Source: Pseudomonadales bacterium (GTDB taxonomy: Bacteria; Pseudomonadota; Gammaproteobacteria; Pseudomonadales; UBA3067). Taken from it: 64,000 bases of DNA. Shown here piece after piece: positions 49,175-63,373 of this stretch. The position numbers and the translations under genes are program-made. Below the pieces are notes generated by a model that had not been told where the DNA came from, did no database searches, and saw nothing but the letters and a program-made list of their open reading frames with translations. Positions within the stretch are counted from its first letter, which is position 1. Each line of letters opens with the position of its first letter. The stretch is from positions 72-64,071 of the forward strand of contig JBECKY010000023.1 of assembly GCA_040235475.1 (NCBI GenBank). Reading direction: 5' to 3'.

Positions 49175-52100
49175 ATGAACCCCGGTTTTGTGCATTTACG
49201 TCTGCGTACTGAATTCTCCCTGGTTGATGGCTTGGTGCGGGTTAAGCCATTGATTAAGGCGGTGGCTGAACGAGGCATGCCTGCGGTGGCTATCACCGAC
49301 CACATGAATTTATTTGCCATGATCAAGTTCCAAAAGGCTGCTGAAGCGGGAGGCATAAAGCCCGTATTTGGTGCTGATATCTGGCTGGAAAATGAGCTGG
49401 AGGGAGAGCCCCCTCGTTTAATGACCCTGCTGATACAAAATCAGCAGGGTTATAAGAACCTGATTGAAATTATTTCAATCGCTTACCTAACTAATCAGCG
49501 CCTGGATTTACCCGTAGTGAGCCGAGAAGTCCTTACAGCGCACGCTGAAGGTTTGATAGCCCTGTCGGGTGGCAAAGCAGGGGAGATTGGGCAGGCGCTT
49601 TTGGGCGATCATGCTGATAATGCACGGGGTCTGTTAAAGCAGTTAATGGCCTTATTTCCCGAACGATTTTATCTGGAGGTGCAAAGAACCGGGAGGGAAA
49701 AGGACGAGGACTATTTGCACCGTGTGCTTGATCTGGCCCTGGCTGAGGATTGTCCAGTTGTGGCGACCAATGATGTACGGTTTATTAATAGTGAGGATTT
49801 TGAAGCACACGAAGCCAGAGTCTGTATCCACGACTCGCGCGTTCTCGATGATCCTCGCCGCCCCCGAATTTACAGTGACCAGCAATATTTGAAATCCGCT
49901 GAAGACATGCAGGCGCTGTTTGCTGATTTACCGGAAGCGCTGGAAAATTCTGTAGAAATAGCCCGTCGCTGTAATGTGCGTATTAACGTTGGCGAGAATT
50001 TCCTGCCCAGCTACCCAGTACCGGAGGGCATGACTCTGGAAACATTTTTCGCCCAAGAGTCGTACCAGGGTTTGGATGAGCGCTTAGCGAGCATACTTGA
50101 TAAAGCTGACCCTGATTTTGCAGAACAACGAAGAGTCTACGATGAGCGTTTACAGTTTGAGCTTGACGTCATTAATCAGATGGGTTTTCCCGGCTACTTT
50201 TTGATAGTCATGGATTTTATCCGCTGGGCTAAAAACAATGGGGTGCCGGTAGGGCCGGGAAGGGGTTCGGGCGCCGGTTCTCTGGTGGCCTATGCATTAA
50301 AAATTACCGACCTTGATCCCCTTGCTTACGATTTGCTGTTTGAGCGTTTTCTCAATCCAGAGCGGGTATCCATGCCCGACTTTGATGTGGATTTTTGTAT
50401 GGACGGTCGCGACCGTGTTATTGATTATGTGGCCGATACCTACGGTCGTGATGCGGTTTCGCAAATCATTACTTTTGGCACCATGGCAGCAAAAGCGGTG
50501 GTCAGGGACGTGGCCAGGGTGCAGGGTAAATCCTATGGTTTGGCCGATAGACTATCGAAAATGATTCCTTTTGAGCCGGGCATGACGCTGAATAAAGCGC
50601 TGGAGCAGGAAGAGGCCTTGCGGGAGTTTATTGAGCAGGACTCCGATGCGGCTGAAATCATGGAAATGGCGTTTAAACTCGAAGGTGTAACCAGAAATGT
50701 GGGTAAACATGCCGGTGGGGTAGTGATTGCACCCACCAAGCTCACAGATTTTTCCCCGCTTTATTGTGATGCAACCGGTGCCAACCTGGTTACCCAGTTT
50801 GATAAAGACGACGTTGAGGAAGTCGGCCTGGTGAAGTTTGACTTCCTTGGTTTGCGTACCCTTACCATTGTGGATTGGGCGGTTGAAATAATAAACCGCC
50901 ACCGCGCTCAGCAAAATGAAACCATGCTGGATATCAGTCAAATCCCTCTGGACGATGAAGCGGTGTTTTATTTATTGCAAAAAGCACAAACCAGCGCGGT
51001 TTTTCAGCTTGAATCCCGGGGCATGAAAGACTTGATTAAGCGCTTGTTGCCCAACTGTTTTGAGGACATCATAGCTTTGGTGGCCTTGTTTCGTCCCGGG
51101 CCTCTGCAGTCGGGCATGGTCGATGACTTTATAAATCGAAAGCATGGTCGCCAATCCATTGAATACCCTCACCCTGATCTTGAGCCGGTACTGAAAAATA
51201 CTTATGGGGTTATTTTGTACCAGGAACAGGTGATGAAAATTGCCCAGGTGCTGGCAAACTATAGCTTGGGCCAGGCGGATATGCTGCGTCGCGCAATGGG
51301 CAAGAAAAAACCTGAAGAAATGGCCAAGCAACGCGAGATTTTTACTGCCGGTGCAATAGCCAATAATATTGATGAAAAAACCGCAACACTGGTTTTCGAT
51401 TTAATGGAGAAATTTGCCGGTTATGGTTTTAATAAATCTCACTCTGCTGCCTATGCGCTGGTGTCTTATCAAACAGCCTGGTTGAAAACCCACTATCCGG
51501 CGCCTTTTATGGCTGCGGTATTATCAGCGGATATGGATAACACCGACAAGGTGGTTACTCTTATTGAAGATTGTCGCAGTATCGGCCTGAAAATTTTGCC
51601 GCCCGATGTGAATTACAGTGAGTATAAATTTACCGTTGGTAATGACAATGAAGTGGTATACGGACTGGGTGCTATTAAAGGTGTCGGTGAAGGGCCTGTG
51701 GCGGCGATCGTTGAGGCACGCAAAGAACATGGGCCTTTTAAAGACTTGTTTGAATTTTGTCGGCAAGTGGGCTGTAAAAAACTAAATCGTCGAACCATGG
51801 AGGCACTGGTTCGTTCGGGCGCTCTGGATAAACTGGGTCCTTCCCGCGCAACCATGATGGCCAGCCTTGATGAAGCAATTAAGGCGGCAGAACAACATCA
51901 TAATAATCAAAGCAGCGGTATGACAGATTTGTTTGGTGATGGGTCAGCAGCCGAGGTGTCCACGGTTGAGTTCGTAAGTGTGCGCGAGTGGAGTGATAAT
52001 GAACGTCTGCGTGGAGAAAAGGAAACGCTGGGCCTGTATTTAACCGGACATCCCATTGATCAATATGAGAAAGAGCTGCGGCAGTTTACCGCTTGTCGTA

Positions 52101-52636
52101 TCGCCGACCTGGTTCCTGAAAAGGGCAGCAATAAAGTTATCGCGGGACTGGTTATCGCCATGCGCATCATGAAAAGCAAGCGTGGCGATAAAATGTGTTT
52201 CGTTACCCTGGATGATCGTTCTGCACGCATTGAAGTTTCGTTATTTTCCAATGCCTACGAAGAAGCAAAGGATTTACTGATAAAAGATACTGTGCTTGTC
52301 GTTCAGGGTGAGGCGAGTATGGATGAGTATTCTGGTAGTTTAAGAATGCGGGTCAAAAATGTTATGGATATTAACCACGCCCGGGCCCATTATGCCCGCA
52401 GAATTCAGGTTAATATCAATCACCAGCGGATAGATAAAGATTTTTCTGTTCAGCTGCAAAATATTCTGGCGCCTTATCGATCCGGTTTATGTCCTTTGCA
52501 CATTAACTATCAGAATGCAGTGGCAAAAGCTGCGATCAAGCTAGGGGATGATTGGCGCGTACGTCCTGATGAAGCCTTGTTGAATAGTCTCAAAACCAGC
52601 TTTGGCACTGACAATGTGCAGATTGTTTATCGCTAA
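49175..52636 (+). CDS. dnaE: DNA polymerase III alpha subunit
   Basis: The start is trimmed to the ATG at 49175 (MNPGFVHLRLRTEFSLVDG, PHP domain). Contains GFPGYFLIV and the catalytic PDFDVDF. Confidence 0.95.
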   Translation: MNPGFVHLRLRTEFSLVDGLVRVKPLIKAVAERGMPAVAITDHMNLFAMIKFQKAAEAGGIKPVFGADIWLENELEGEPPRLMTLLIQNQQGYKNLIEIISIAYLTNQRLDLPVVSREVLTAHAEGLIALSGGKAGEIGQALLGDHADNARGLLKQLMALFPERFYLEVQRTGREKDEDYLHRVLDLALAEDCPVVATNDVRFINSEDFEAHEARVCIHDSRVLDDPRRPRIYSDQQYLKSAEDMQALFADLPEALENSVEIARRCNVRINVGENFLPSYPVPEGMTLETFFAQESYQGLDERLASILDKADPDFAEQRRVYDERLQFELDVINQMGFPGYFLIVMDFIRWAKNNGVPVGPGRGSGAGSLVAYALKITDLDPLAYDLLFERFLNPERVSMPDFDVDFCMDGRDRVIDYVADTYGRDAVSQIITFGTMAAKAVVRDVARVQGKSYGLADRLSKMIPFEPGMTLNKALEQEEALREFIEQDSDAAEIMEMAFKLEGVTRNVGKHAGGVVIAPTKLTDFSPLYCDATGANLVTQFDKDDVEEVGLVKFDFLGLRTLTIVDWAVEIINRHRAQQNETMLDISQIPLDDEAVFYLLQKAQTSAVFQLESRGMKDLIKRLLPNCFEDIIALVALFRPGPLQSGMVDDFINRKHGRQSIEYPHPDLEPVLKNTYGVILYQEQVMKIAQVLANYSLGQADMLRRAMGKKKPEEMAKQREIFTAGAIANNIDEKTATLVFDLMEKFAGYGFNKSHSAAYALVSYQTAWLKTHYPAPFMAAVLSADMDNTDKVVTLIEDCRSIGLKILPPDVNYSEYKFTVGNDNEVVYGLGAIKGVGEGPVAAIVEARKEHGPFKDLFEFCRQVGCKKLNRRTMEALVRSGALDKLGPSRATMMASLDEAIKAAEQHHNNQSSGMTDLFGDGSAAEVSTVEFVSVREWSDNERLRGEKETLGLYLTGHPIDQYEKELRQFTACRIADLVPEKGSNKVIAGLVIAMRIMKSKRGDKMCFVTLDDRSARIEVSLFSNAYEEAKDLLIKDTVLVVQGEASMDEYSGSLRMRVKNVMDINHARAHYARRIQVNINHQRIDKDFSVQLQNILAPYRSGLCPLHINYQNAVAKAAIKLGDDWRVRPDEALLNSLKTSFGTDNVQIVYR

Positions 52637-52682
52637 TGCTTATTTCATCCTTGGCTTTTTAAATCTCTAGGTAGGAAAAGCT

Positions 52683-54101
52683 TTGTTTGCCTCTCAAGTA
52701 ACTGAAAATATTCATGCTGTAGTAACAGGCTGCTTGCGATCCCAGCTTGTCACCAACAAAAACCACTCGGGTGTACGAAGACAATTGATCCTGGGTTATA
52801 GCGGTGGCCTTGATTCCAGAGTGTTGTTGCAGGTTTTGCATGAGTTAAAAAGTGTATGGCAGGCAAATTTTGAACTTAGCGCCGTGTATGTTAATCATGG
52901 CTTGCAAAAAGAGGCCAATGACTGGCAGCAGCATTGCAAGCAAACAGCAGAAAGCCTGGGTGTTCGCTTTATTTCAGTAACCGTCAGCCTAGCACAAAAC
53001 ACTTCCGCGAGCCTGGAGGAACTGGCCCGTAATGCGCGCTATGAAGTGTTTCAGCGGTACCTGAAAAAAGACGATGTGCTTTGCCTGGCTCATCATCAGG
53101 AAGATCAGGCAGAAACCGTTTTGCTGCGTTTGTTGCGTGGCAGTGGGCCTTTGGGCCTGGGTGGGATGCGGGCTGATTCAGCCCGAGGCGACTTCAGGGT
53201 GCTCAGGCCCATGCTTTCATTGTCGAAGCAATCGCTGGAAAGTTATGCGCAAGAACGCCAGCTGCAATGGGTTGAAGACCCCAGTAATGCTGAAATCGAA
53301 TATGATCGCAATTACCTGCGGCACAAGGTTATGCCTTTGTTGGAGCGGCGCTGGCCAAATGTTCCTAAACGGCTGGCACGCAGTGCACAGCTGAGCGCCG
53401 AGGCAGCCCGTTTGCTGGACAGTTTGGCCGAGATTGATTTGGCAACTGTCGGCAGTTACATAGAAGGCTCACTGCTGACAGAAAAACTGGCGCTAAACAT
53501 AACTCGGCTAAAATGTCTTGAGACCGAGAGGTGTTTGAATCTGCTGCGTTACTGGCTCAGAAGCCTGGGTTTGGCATTGCCCAGTCGGGCTAACTTGCAA
53601 CGGGTAGCCAGAGAAGTTTTCAGCGCCGCAGAAGACAGTGATCCTTGTGTGCTTTGGTCGGGGGTTGAAATACGGCGGTTTAAAAACCACTTATACGCGC
53701 TGCGGCCCCTGCCTGAAGAAAGTACTCAACAGGTTTATAGTTGGAATTTTCAAGGCTCTCTAGTGTTAGCCGGCGGCTTGGGAGAGCTGCACTCTACAGT
53801 CACAAGCTCTACCAGCGCTGGCGCCGAAAATCAGTGTTTGCGGCAGCCGCAGGCAGGCGAACAGATTACAGTTCGCTTCAGGCAAGGCGGAGAACGTTGT
53901 AAGCCTGTAGGACATTCCCATTCGCAAACGCTAAAAAAATTATTTCAGTCGTATGCCGTACCCCCCTGGGAAAGAAACCGACTGCCTTTGGTCTATTACA
54001 ATGACCAGATGGCTGCTGTTGTGGGTAAATGGATATGCCACGGCTACAATGCCCAGGCCGGTGAAACAGGCTACCGGCTCAGCTGGCGGGTAACAGTATA
54101 A
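52683..54101 (+). CDS. tilS: tRNA(Ile)-lysidine synthetase
   Basis: 472 aa. PP-loop GYSGGLDS. Only a TTG start is available upstream of the PP-loop. Confidence 0.85.
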   Translation: MFASQVTENIHAVVTGCLRSQLVTNKNHSGVRRQLILGYSGGLDSRVLLQVLHELKSVWQANFELSAVYVNHGLQKEANDWQQHCKQTAESLGVRFISVTVSLAQNTSASLEELARNARYEVFQRYLKKDDVLCLAHHQEDQAETVLLRLLRGSGPLGLGGMRADSARGDFRVLRPMLSLSKQSLESYAQERQLQWVEDPSNAEIEYDRNYLRHKVMPLLERRWPNVPKRLARSAQLSAEAARLLDSLAEIDLATVGSYIEGSLLTEKLALNITRLKCLETERCLNLLRYWLRSLGLALPSRANLQRVAREVFSAAEDSDPCVLWSGVEIRRFKNHLYALRPLPEESTQQVYSWNFQGSLVLAGGLGELHSTVTSSTSAGAENQCLRQPQAGEQITVRFRQGGERCKPVGHSHSQTLKKLFQSYAVPPWERNRLPLVYYNDQMAAVVGKWICHGYNAQAGETGYRLSWRVTV

Positions 54102-54185
54102 GCCCATGATAATGGCCCATGTTTCATCGGGTGCTCATTGAGCTTAGACCCTACATCTGATAACCTTTGCCACCGTCGATGCTGA

Positions 54186-56772
<2,587 letters not shown>

Positions 56773-56808
56773 ACTTAAACTTAAGCATAAGCAGAATTAA
56801 CAATTTAA

Positions 56809-58140
<1,332 letters not shown>

Positions 58141-58207
58141 TTTAGTTCCAGTCTTCTACCTAAGCTAACGGGGTCTTCCGGGTTTTTTCGCGCAATATCA
58201 GGTTGCG

Positions 58208-58495
58208 ATGAACATGAATACTTACAAAGCATTCATTATTGGTTTAACAGCGCTGCTTATTTATTTACAGATTAACCTGTGGGTAGGTGAAGGTAGTATT
58301 GCCAATGTCTGGGGTTTAAAACAAGAGCAGGCCCGGCTCGTTGACGAGAATAAACACCTGATGGAGCGTAATGCAGCCATGGCTGCGGAAGTGCAAAATC
58401 TAAAATCGGGCCTGGATGCTATTGAAGAAAGAGCTCGCATGGAGCTGGGCATGATTAAAAAGGATGAAACCTTTTATCTGATTATTGATAAGTAA
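58208..58495 (+). CDS. ftsB: cell division protein FtsB
   Basis: 95 aa. N-terminal TM helix followed by a coiled coil, with EERARMELGMIKKDETFY as in FtsB. Located between eno and ispD. Confidence 0.85.
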   Translation: MNMNTYKAFIIGLTALLIYLQINLWVGEGSIANVWGLKQEQARLVDENKHLMERNAAMAAEVQNLKSGLDAIEERARMELGMIKKDETFYLIIDK

Positions 58496-58548
58496 AACTA
58501 AGCTAAGCCGCTGATGAACCTTATCAAAAGTGCGCTAGGATCTACTGT

Positions 58549-59268
58549 ATGCCTAAAACTATAAAACATTGGTGTATCGTTCCGGCTGCAGGCCTGGGTT
58601 TGCGCATGGGGGCTGATATTCCCAAGCAGTACCTGTCTATTGAAGGTAAAACCATCATTGAGCATTGTGTGGAACGCCTGGCCAGCCACTCGCTGGTTGA
58701 GAAAGTGGTGGTGGTCATTGGGCCTGATGATTTGATCTGGCTGCAAACCCCCTTGGCTGATCATCCAAAAGTTATGGCTACCCGTGGTGGCGCAGAGCGG
58801 GTGCACTCAGTGTTAAATGGCTTGAACATGCTTGCAGGCCTTGCCGATGACAATGATTGGGTGTTGGTTCACGATGCTGTCAGGCCCTGTGTGCGTTTGA
58901 GTGATATCAGCAAACTGATCGAAAGCTTCGAAGCACTTGATGAGGGTGAAGTGGGTGGTCTATTGGGTTGTCCGGTACAGGATACCATTAAGCAGGTTAG
59001 CGGCCCTTTGCAAGTTGAGAAAACCGTTGATCGAAGTGATTTATGGCGTGCGTTTACACCGCAAATGTTCAGGTATGGCCAATTAAAGCAGGCCTTGCAG
59101 AATGCCCTGGAGCAAGAGCAGGCGATTACAGATGAATCATCTGCCATGGAATTGGCGGGCTATCAGCCCAAACTTATTCGCGGCGCTTCTGACAATATTA
59201 AAATCACCACTAAAAATGATTTGTCCCTGGCACGTTTAATCATTCAGCAACAATCCCTGCGTGGATAA
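58549..59268 (+). CDS. ispD: 2-C-methyl-D-erythritol 4-phosphate cytidylyltransferase
   Basis: 239 aa. Contains VPAAGLGLRMG and VLVHDAVRPC. Confidence 0.92.
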   Translation: MPKTIKHWCIVPAAGLGLRMGADIPKQYLSIEGKTIIEHCVERLASHSLVEKVVVVIGPDDLIWLQTPLADHPKVMATRGGAERVHSVLNGLNMLAGLADDNDWVLVHDAVRPCVRLSDISKLIESFEALDEGEVGGLLGCPVQDTIKQVSGPLQVEKTVDRSDLWRAFTPQMFRYGQLKQALQNALEQEQAITDESSAMELAGYQPKLIRGASDNIKITTKNDLSLARLIIQQQSLRG

Positions 59269-59271
59269 AAG

Positions 59272-59772
59272 ATGATACGTATAGGTCATGGTTATGACGT
59301 ACACCGTTTAGCAGATGGTCAGGGTATTGTTCTGGGTGGGGTGCATATTCCTTGTGATAAAGCTTTGCTTGCGCACTCTGATGGTGATGTGGTACTGCAT
59401 GCTGTGTGCGATGCTTTATTAGGTGCCGCGGGTCTGGGTGATATTGGCCGCCATTTTCCTGATACTGATGATAACAATAAAAACCGTGATAGCCGTTATT
59501 TTCTCAAACAGGTTTATCAAATGGTGCAACACCAAGGCTTGGTGCTGGGCAATATGGACATCACTATTATTGCACAAGCTCCGAAAATGGCCCCCCATAT
59601 TCCCGCGATGATTGCCAACCTTGCTCAGGATTTAAATATGACGGGTAAAGACACCGGCGCACAGGCAAGCAGCGCTATCAATATCAAAGCAACGACAACC
59701 GAAGGACTGGGTTACATTGGTCGGGAAGAAGGCATTGCTGTGCATGCCGTTGTAGTATTGCATACGGTATGA
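59272..59772 (+). CDS. ispF: 2-C-methyl-D-erythritol 2,4-cyclodiphosphate synthase
   Basis: 166 aa. Contains IGHGYDVH and [11 protein letters not shown]. Confidence 0.95.
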   Translation: MIRIGHGYDVHRLADGQGIVLGGVHIPCDKALLAHSDGDVVLHAVCDALLGAAGLGDIGRHFPDTDDNNKNRDSRYFLKQVYQMVQHQGLVLGNMDITIIAQAPKMAPHIPAMIANLAQDLNMTGKDTGAQASSAINIKATTTEGLGYIGREEGIAVHAVVVLHTV

Positions 59773-59779
59773 AGCAGCC

Positions 59780-60904
59780 TTGATTACGGAAAACGAGGAT
59801 CTACAAATAAACCACCCGTATCCCGAGCGGCAAACTCTGCCCTCCTCACTATTAAACATTTACCAGGCTGATTTTGCTTATGCCCACGGCCGGCCTGTCG
59901 GTTCAGGGAAAATAAAATCCCAAGCGGCAGACTTTAGGGTCGACGAAGTGCTGGGCTATGAACTCAGTCATCAGGGTGAGCATCTTTACCTTGATCTTCG
60001 TAAACAGAATTTAACTACCGACGAAGTGGTGAGCACGCTTGCCAAGGCGGCGGGCGTGCCGGCAAAACTGGTCAGCTACAGTGGCTTAAAAGATAAATTA
60101 GCAGTGACCCGGCAGTGGTTTAGTATCCATTTACCAGGTCAGGCCGATCCCGACTGGTCAATGCTGAAAGTGCCCGGCGATGGTTCTCAGCTCGATGCTT
60201 CAATAGAAATCATCAAGCAGATCCGGCATGATAAAAAATTACGTCGTGGTGTCCACCAGGCAAACAACTTTGTTATTCGAATCAATGCCTTGGATGCTGA
60301 TAGGGACGATTTTGATGCCCGTTTGCAGATAATCAAGGAAAAGGGTGTGCCCAATTACTTCGGCCCACAAAGGTTTGGCTATGGGGGTCAAAACCTGTTG
60401 CACGGTGAGCGCATTTTAAAGGGTACAGAGCGCTGCCGTAGCCGGCATAAAAAAGGTTTGTACTTTTCTGCTGTCAGGTCCCTGCTATTTAATCATGTAT
60501 TGTCTAGGCGGGTAAAAGACGCAAGCTGGGATCAATACAAGGAGGGGGATGTGCTGATGCTGGATGGCAGTCACAGCGTATTTGTTGCCCGGGGTGATGA
60601 GCCTGGCCTGGATGAGCGTGTTATGTGCCAAAGCCTGCACCCTACGGGGCCGCTATGGGGTGAAAAAGGCCTAAGGCCGGAGTCTGAGAGCGGTATTTTT
60701 GAGCAGCAGTCTCTTGCAGCTTTGGCTGAGGTATGCACGGCGCTGGAAAAAAATGGTCTGGCTTATCAACGTCGATCCTTGCGCCTTAAGGTCAGTGACC
60801 TTAGCTGGAAGCATCTTAATAGGCAGGCCGTCGAATTGAGTTTTAGCTTGCCTGCAGGTTGTTTTGCAACGGTGGTGTTGCGAGAAATAGTCAAGCTTGA
60901 TTAA
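59780..60904 (+). CDS. truD: tRNA pseudouridine(13) synthase
   Basis: 374 aa. Only a TTG start is available. Contains YSGLKDKLAVTRQWFS and NYFGPQRFG. Confidence 0.88.
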   Translation: MITENEDLQINHPYPERQTLPSSLLNIYQADFAYAHGRPVGSGKIKSQAADFRVDEVLGYELSHQGEHLYLDLRKQNLTTDEVVSTLAKAAGVPAKLVSYSGLKDKLAVTRQWFSIHLPGQADPDWSMLKVPGDGSQLDASIEIIKQIRHDKKLRRGVHQANNFVIRINALDADRDDFDARLQIIKEKGVPNYFGPQRFGYGGQNLLHGERILKGTERCRSRHKKGLYFSAVRSLLFNHVLSRRVKDASWDQYKEGDVLMLDGSHSVFVARGDEPGLDERVMCQSLHPTGPLWGEKGLRPESESGIFEQQSLAALAEVCTALEKNGLAYQRRSLRLKVSDLSWKHLNRQAVELSFSLPAGCFATVVLREIVKLD

Positions 60905-60948
60905 TCGCTTTAGGGCATTAAAGCCTATTGAGCATGAATGGAACCATT

Positions 60949-61710
60949 ATGGAAATACTATTAAGTAACGATGACGGTGTGCATGCCCCAGGCCTGGCGG
61001 CCCATGCCCGGGCGCTGTCTGAATTGGGTAATGTCCACGTGGTTGCCCCTGACGGTGATCGCAGTGCTTTCAGTCATGCCCTGACACTGGAAAAACCTCT
61101 GTGCCCGACAGTGCTGGATAATGGCTTTATCGCCCTGAACGGTACCCCGGCTGATTGTGTGCACGTCGCCTTAAATGGTTTGCTCGGATTTACGCCGGAT
61201 CTTGTGGTGTCCGGTATTAATACCGGTGCTAATTTGGGTGATGATGTGATTTATTCTGGGACCGTGGCTGCTGCTATGGAAGGGCGTTTTCTTGATTCAC
61301 TGTCGTTGGCGGTGTCGGCAGTTAATGCGCAAAAAAGCGTTCAATACGATTATGACGTGGCCGCAGGGATTACCCTGAGCATCGTAAAAAAACTGCCTGA
61401 TTTAGCAATTTGCAGGCGCACAGTGTTGAATATTAATATACCGGATTTACCGCTTAAACAGATTAAGGGTGTTAAAATAACCCGGCTCGGCCACCGGGGG
61501 CCGGCACAGGATGTTATTGAAATAAAAGACCCTAAAGGCCGCACGCATTACTGGATTGGGTCAGCCGGCGAGGAAGAGGATGCTGGGCCTGGAACCGACT
61601 TCCACGCTATTCGTAACGGTTATGTATCTTTAACACCCTTGCATGCCGATATGTCTAGTTATGATACTTTTGATGCCGTATCAAAATGGCTTGATGAAAT
61701 TTCTATTTAA
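60949..61710 (+). CDS. surE: 5'/3'-nucleotidase SurE
   Basis: The start is trimmed to the ATG at 60949 (MEILLSNDDGVHAPG), giving 253 aa as in E. coli SurE. Confidence 0.92.
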   Translation: MEILLSNDDGVHAPGLAAHARALSELGNVHVVAPDGDRSAFSHALTLEKPLCPTVLDNGFIALNGTPADCVHVALNGLLGFTPDLVVSGINTGANLGDDVIYSGTVAAAMEGRFLDSLSLAVSAVNAQKSVQYDYDVAAGITLSIVKKLPDLAICRRTVLNINIPDLPLKQIKGVKITRLGHRGPAQDVIEIKDPKGRTHYWIGSAGEEEDAGPGTDFHAIRNGYVSLTPLHADMSSYDTFDAVSKWLDEISI

Positions 61711-61765
61711 GGGCTTCTTTTAAGAACCTCAAGTGCCGTACAGGCCTTAACATTAGGTAAGCAGT

Positions 61766-62419
61766 ATGAATCTAGATGGTATTGGCATGACATCCCAGCG
61801 AACCCGTGACCGATTGATTAAAAGGTTACAGGAGCAGGGTATTCAAAACAAAAGGGTTTTGGATGTTATGCGCAGCACGCCCAGGCATATTTTTATCGAT
61901 GAAGCCCTGGCCCATCGTGCCTATGAAGACACTGCTTTACCGATTGGTTTTAACCAAACCATTTCCAAGCCTTATATTGTTGCTCGTATGACTGAAGTCT
62001 TGCTGGCCGAAGGTCCGCTAAAACGGGTGCTTGAAGTGGGTACTGGCTCTGGTTATCAAACCAGCATCCTCGCGCAGGTGGTTGACCGGGTCTATTCCAC
62101 TGAAAGAATCCGTGGCCTTCAGGAAAAAGCTCGAAAGCGCTTACAGGCATTAAAACTATACAATATTATGCTCAAACACACTGATGGTGGTATGGGGTGG
62201 TCTGAAAAAGCACCTTTTGACGGCATTCTGGTAACAGCTGCACCCAGCCAGATTCCTGAAGAACTATTGCTGCAATTAGAGGATGGTGGACGAATGGTTA
62301 TTCCTGTGGGCGAATCAGCGCAACAACTCAAGCTGATAACCAAAACCCCTGAAGGTTTTAAAAGCAGCGTATTAGAAGCTGTACAGTTTGTGCCTTTGGT
62401 GTCAGGGAGCGTGAAATGA
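61766..62419 (+). CDS. pcm: protein-L-isoaspartate O-methyltransferase
   Basis: 217 aa. Contains [12 protein letters not shown] and [12 protein letters not shown]. An alternative start lies at 61787. Confidence 0.92.
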   Translation: MNLDGIGMTSQRTRDRLIKRLQEQGIQNKRVLDVMRSTPRHIFIDEALAHRAYEDTALPIGFNQTISKPYIVARMTEVLLAEGPLKRVLEVGTGSGYQTSILAQVVDRVYSTERIRGLQEKARKRLQALKLYNIMLKHTDGGMGWSEKAPFDGILVTAAPSQIPEELLLQLEDGGRMVIPVGESAQQLKLITKTPEGFKSSVLEAVQFVPLVSGSVK

Positions 62420-63354
62420 GTAGTATTAAAAGCATGCTTAACTTGTATTTAAAAGGTTTGGCTATGGGCGCGGCAGATGTGGTGCCAGGAGTATCCGGAG
62501 GCACCATTGCCTTTATTACGGGCATTTACCAGGAGTTGCTGGATACGATCAGTGCTTTTTCTCGTCTTGAAAATTATCAGTTGTTGTTTCAGCAAGGGTT
62601 TAAAGCCTTCTGGAGAGCCATCAATGGTAACTTTGTTGTGGTTCTTGCGGCGGGTATTTCCACCAGTATTTTTTCCTTGGCGCAAATTATTACCTATTTG
62701 CTTGAGTACCAACCGGAACTGGTCTGGTCATTTTTTTTTGGACTCATCGTCATTTCCTGCATATTGATTGCCTGGGAGGTTGAGCGCTGGAATATTGCCA
62801 CTATTGCCGTGTTTGTCGCGGGTTGTGGCTTGGCTTATATGATTACAGTGATGTCGCCGGCTGCCATTGAACCAAGCCGCCCAATGATTTTTTTTGCCGG
62901 GGCCATTGCCATTTGTGCAATGATTTTACCTGGAATATCGGGTAGTTTTATTTTATTACTCATGGGTATGTATGGACACATTATGGGTGCCATTAAGAAT
63001 CTCGATTTGCTGGTGATGATGATTTTTACCACGGGCACGGTCACCGGACTATTAAGCTTTTCCCGGCTTTTATCCTGGGTTTATCGACACCATAAAAATT
63101 TCACACTTGCTGTGCTAACGGGTTTTCTAGTCGGTTCCCTTAATGCTGTTTGGCCCTGGAAACACACGCTGCAATTTAGAACCAATAGCCATGGTATTGA
63201 AGTGCCCTTTATTCGCGAAAATGTTTCGCCTTTTGATTATCCACTATTGACCGGTCACGACGCACATCTGTTAATCGGCATGTTGTTAATGGTAGGTGCT
63301 GTCGTTATGGTGAGCGTATTGCATTGGCTTGGTCAAAAAATTAGTGACGGCTAA
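62416..63354 (+). CDS. DUF368 family polytopic membrane protein (PopT-like candidate undecaprenyl-phosphate translocase)
   Basis: 312 aa with about 8 hydrophobic segments. The DUF368 signature [21 protein letters not shown] is repeated as [20 protein letters not shown] overlap with the pcm stop. Confidence 0.8.
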   Translation: MSSIKSMLNLYLKGLAMGAADVVPGVSGGTIAFITGIYQELLDTISAFSRLENYQLLFQQGFKAFWRAINGNFVVVLAAGISTSIFSLAQIITYLLEYQPELVWSFFFGLIVISCILIAWEVERWNIATIAVFVAGCGLAYMITVMSPAAIEPSRPMIFFAGAIAICAMILPGISGSFILLLMGMYGHIMGAIKNLDLLVMMIFTTGTVTGLLSFSRLLSWVYRHHKNFTLAVLTGFLVGSLNAVWPWKHTLQFRTNSHGIEVPFIRENVSPFDYPLLTGHDAHLLIGMLLMVGAVVMVSVLHWLGQKISDG

Positions 63355-63373
63355 TGCTGGAGGTTTTAGCCCG

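Noticed and set aside
58141-58207. A T6 run after eno (GGGGTCTTCCGGGTTTTTT), considered as a rho-independent terminator.
   Set aside because: The sequence preceding the T-run pairs in only 4 of 6 positions, with G-G clashes, so no stable stem can be drawn.
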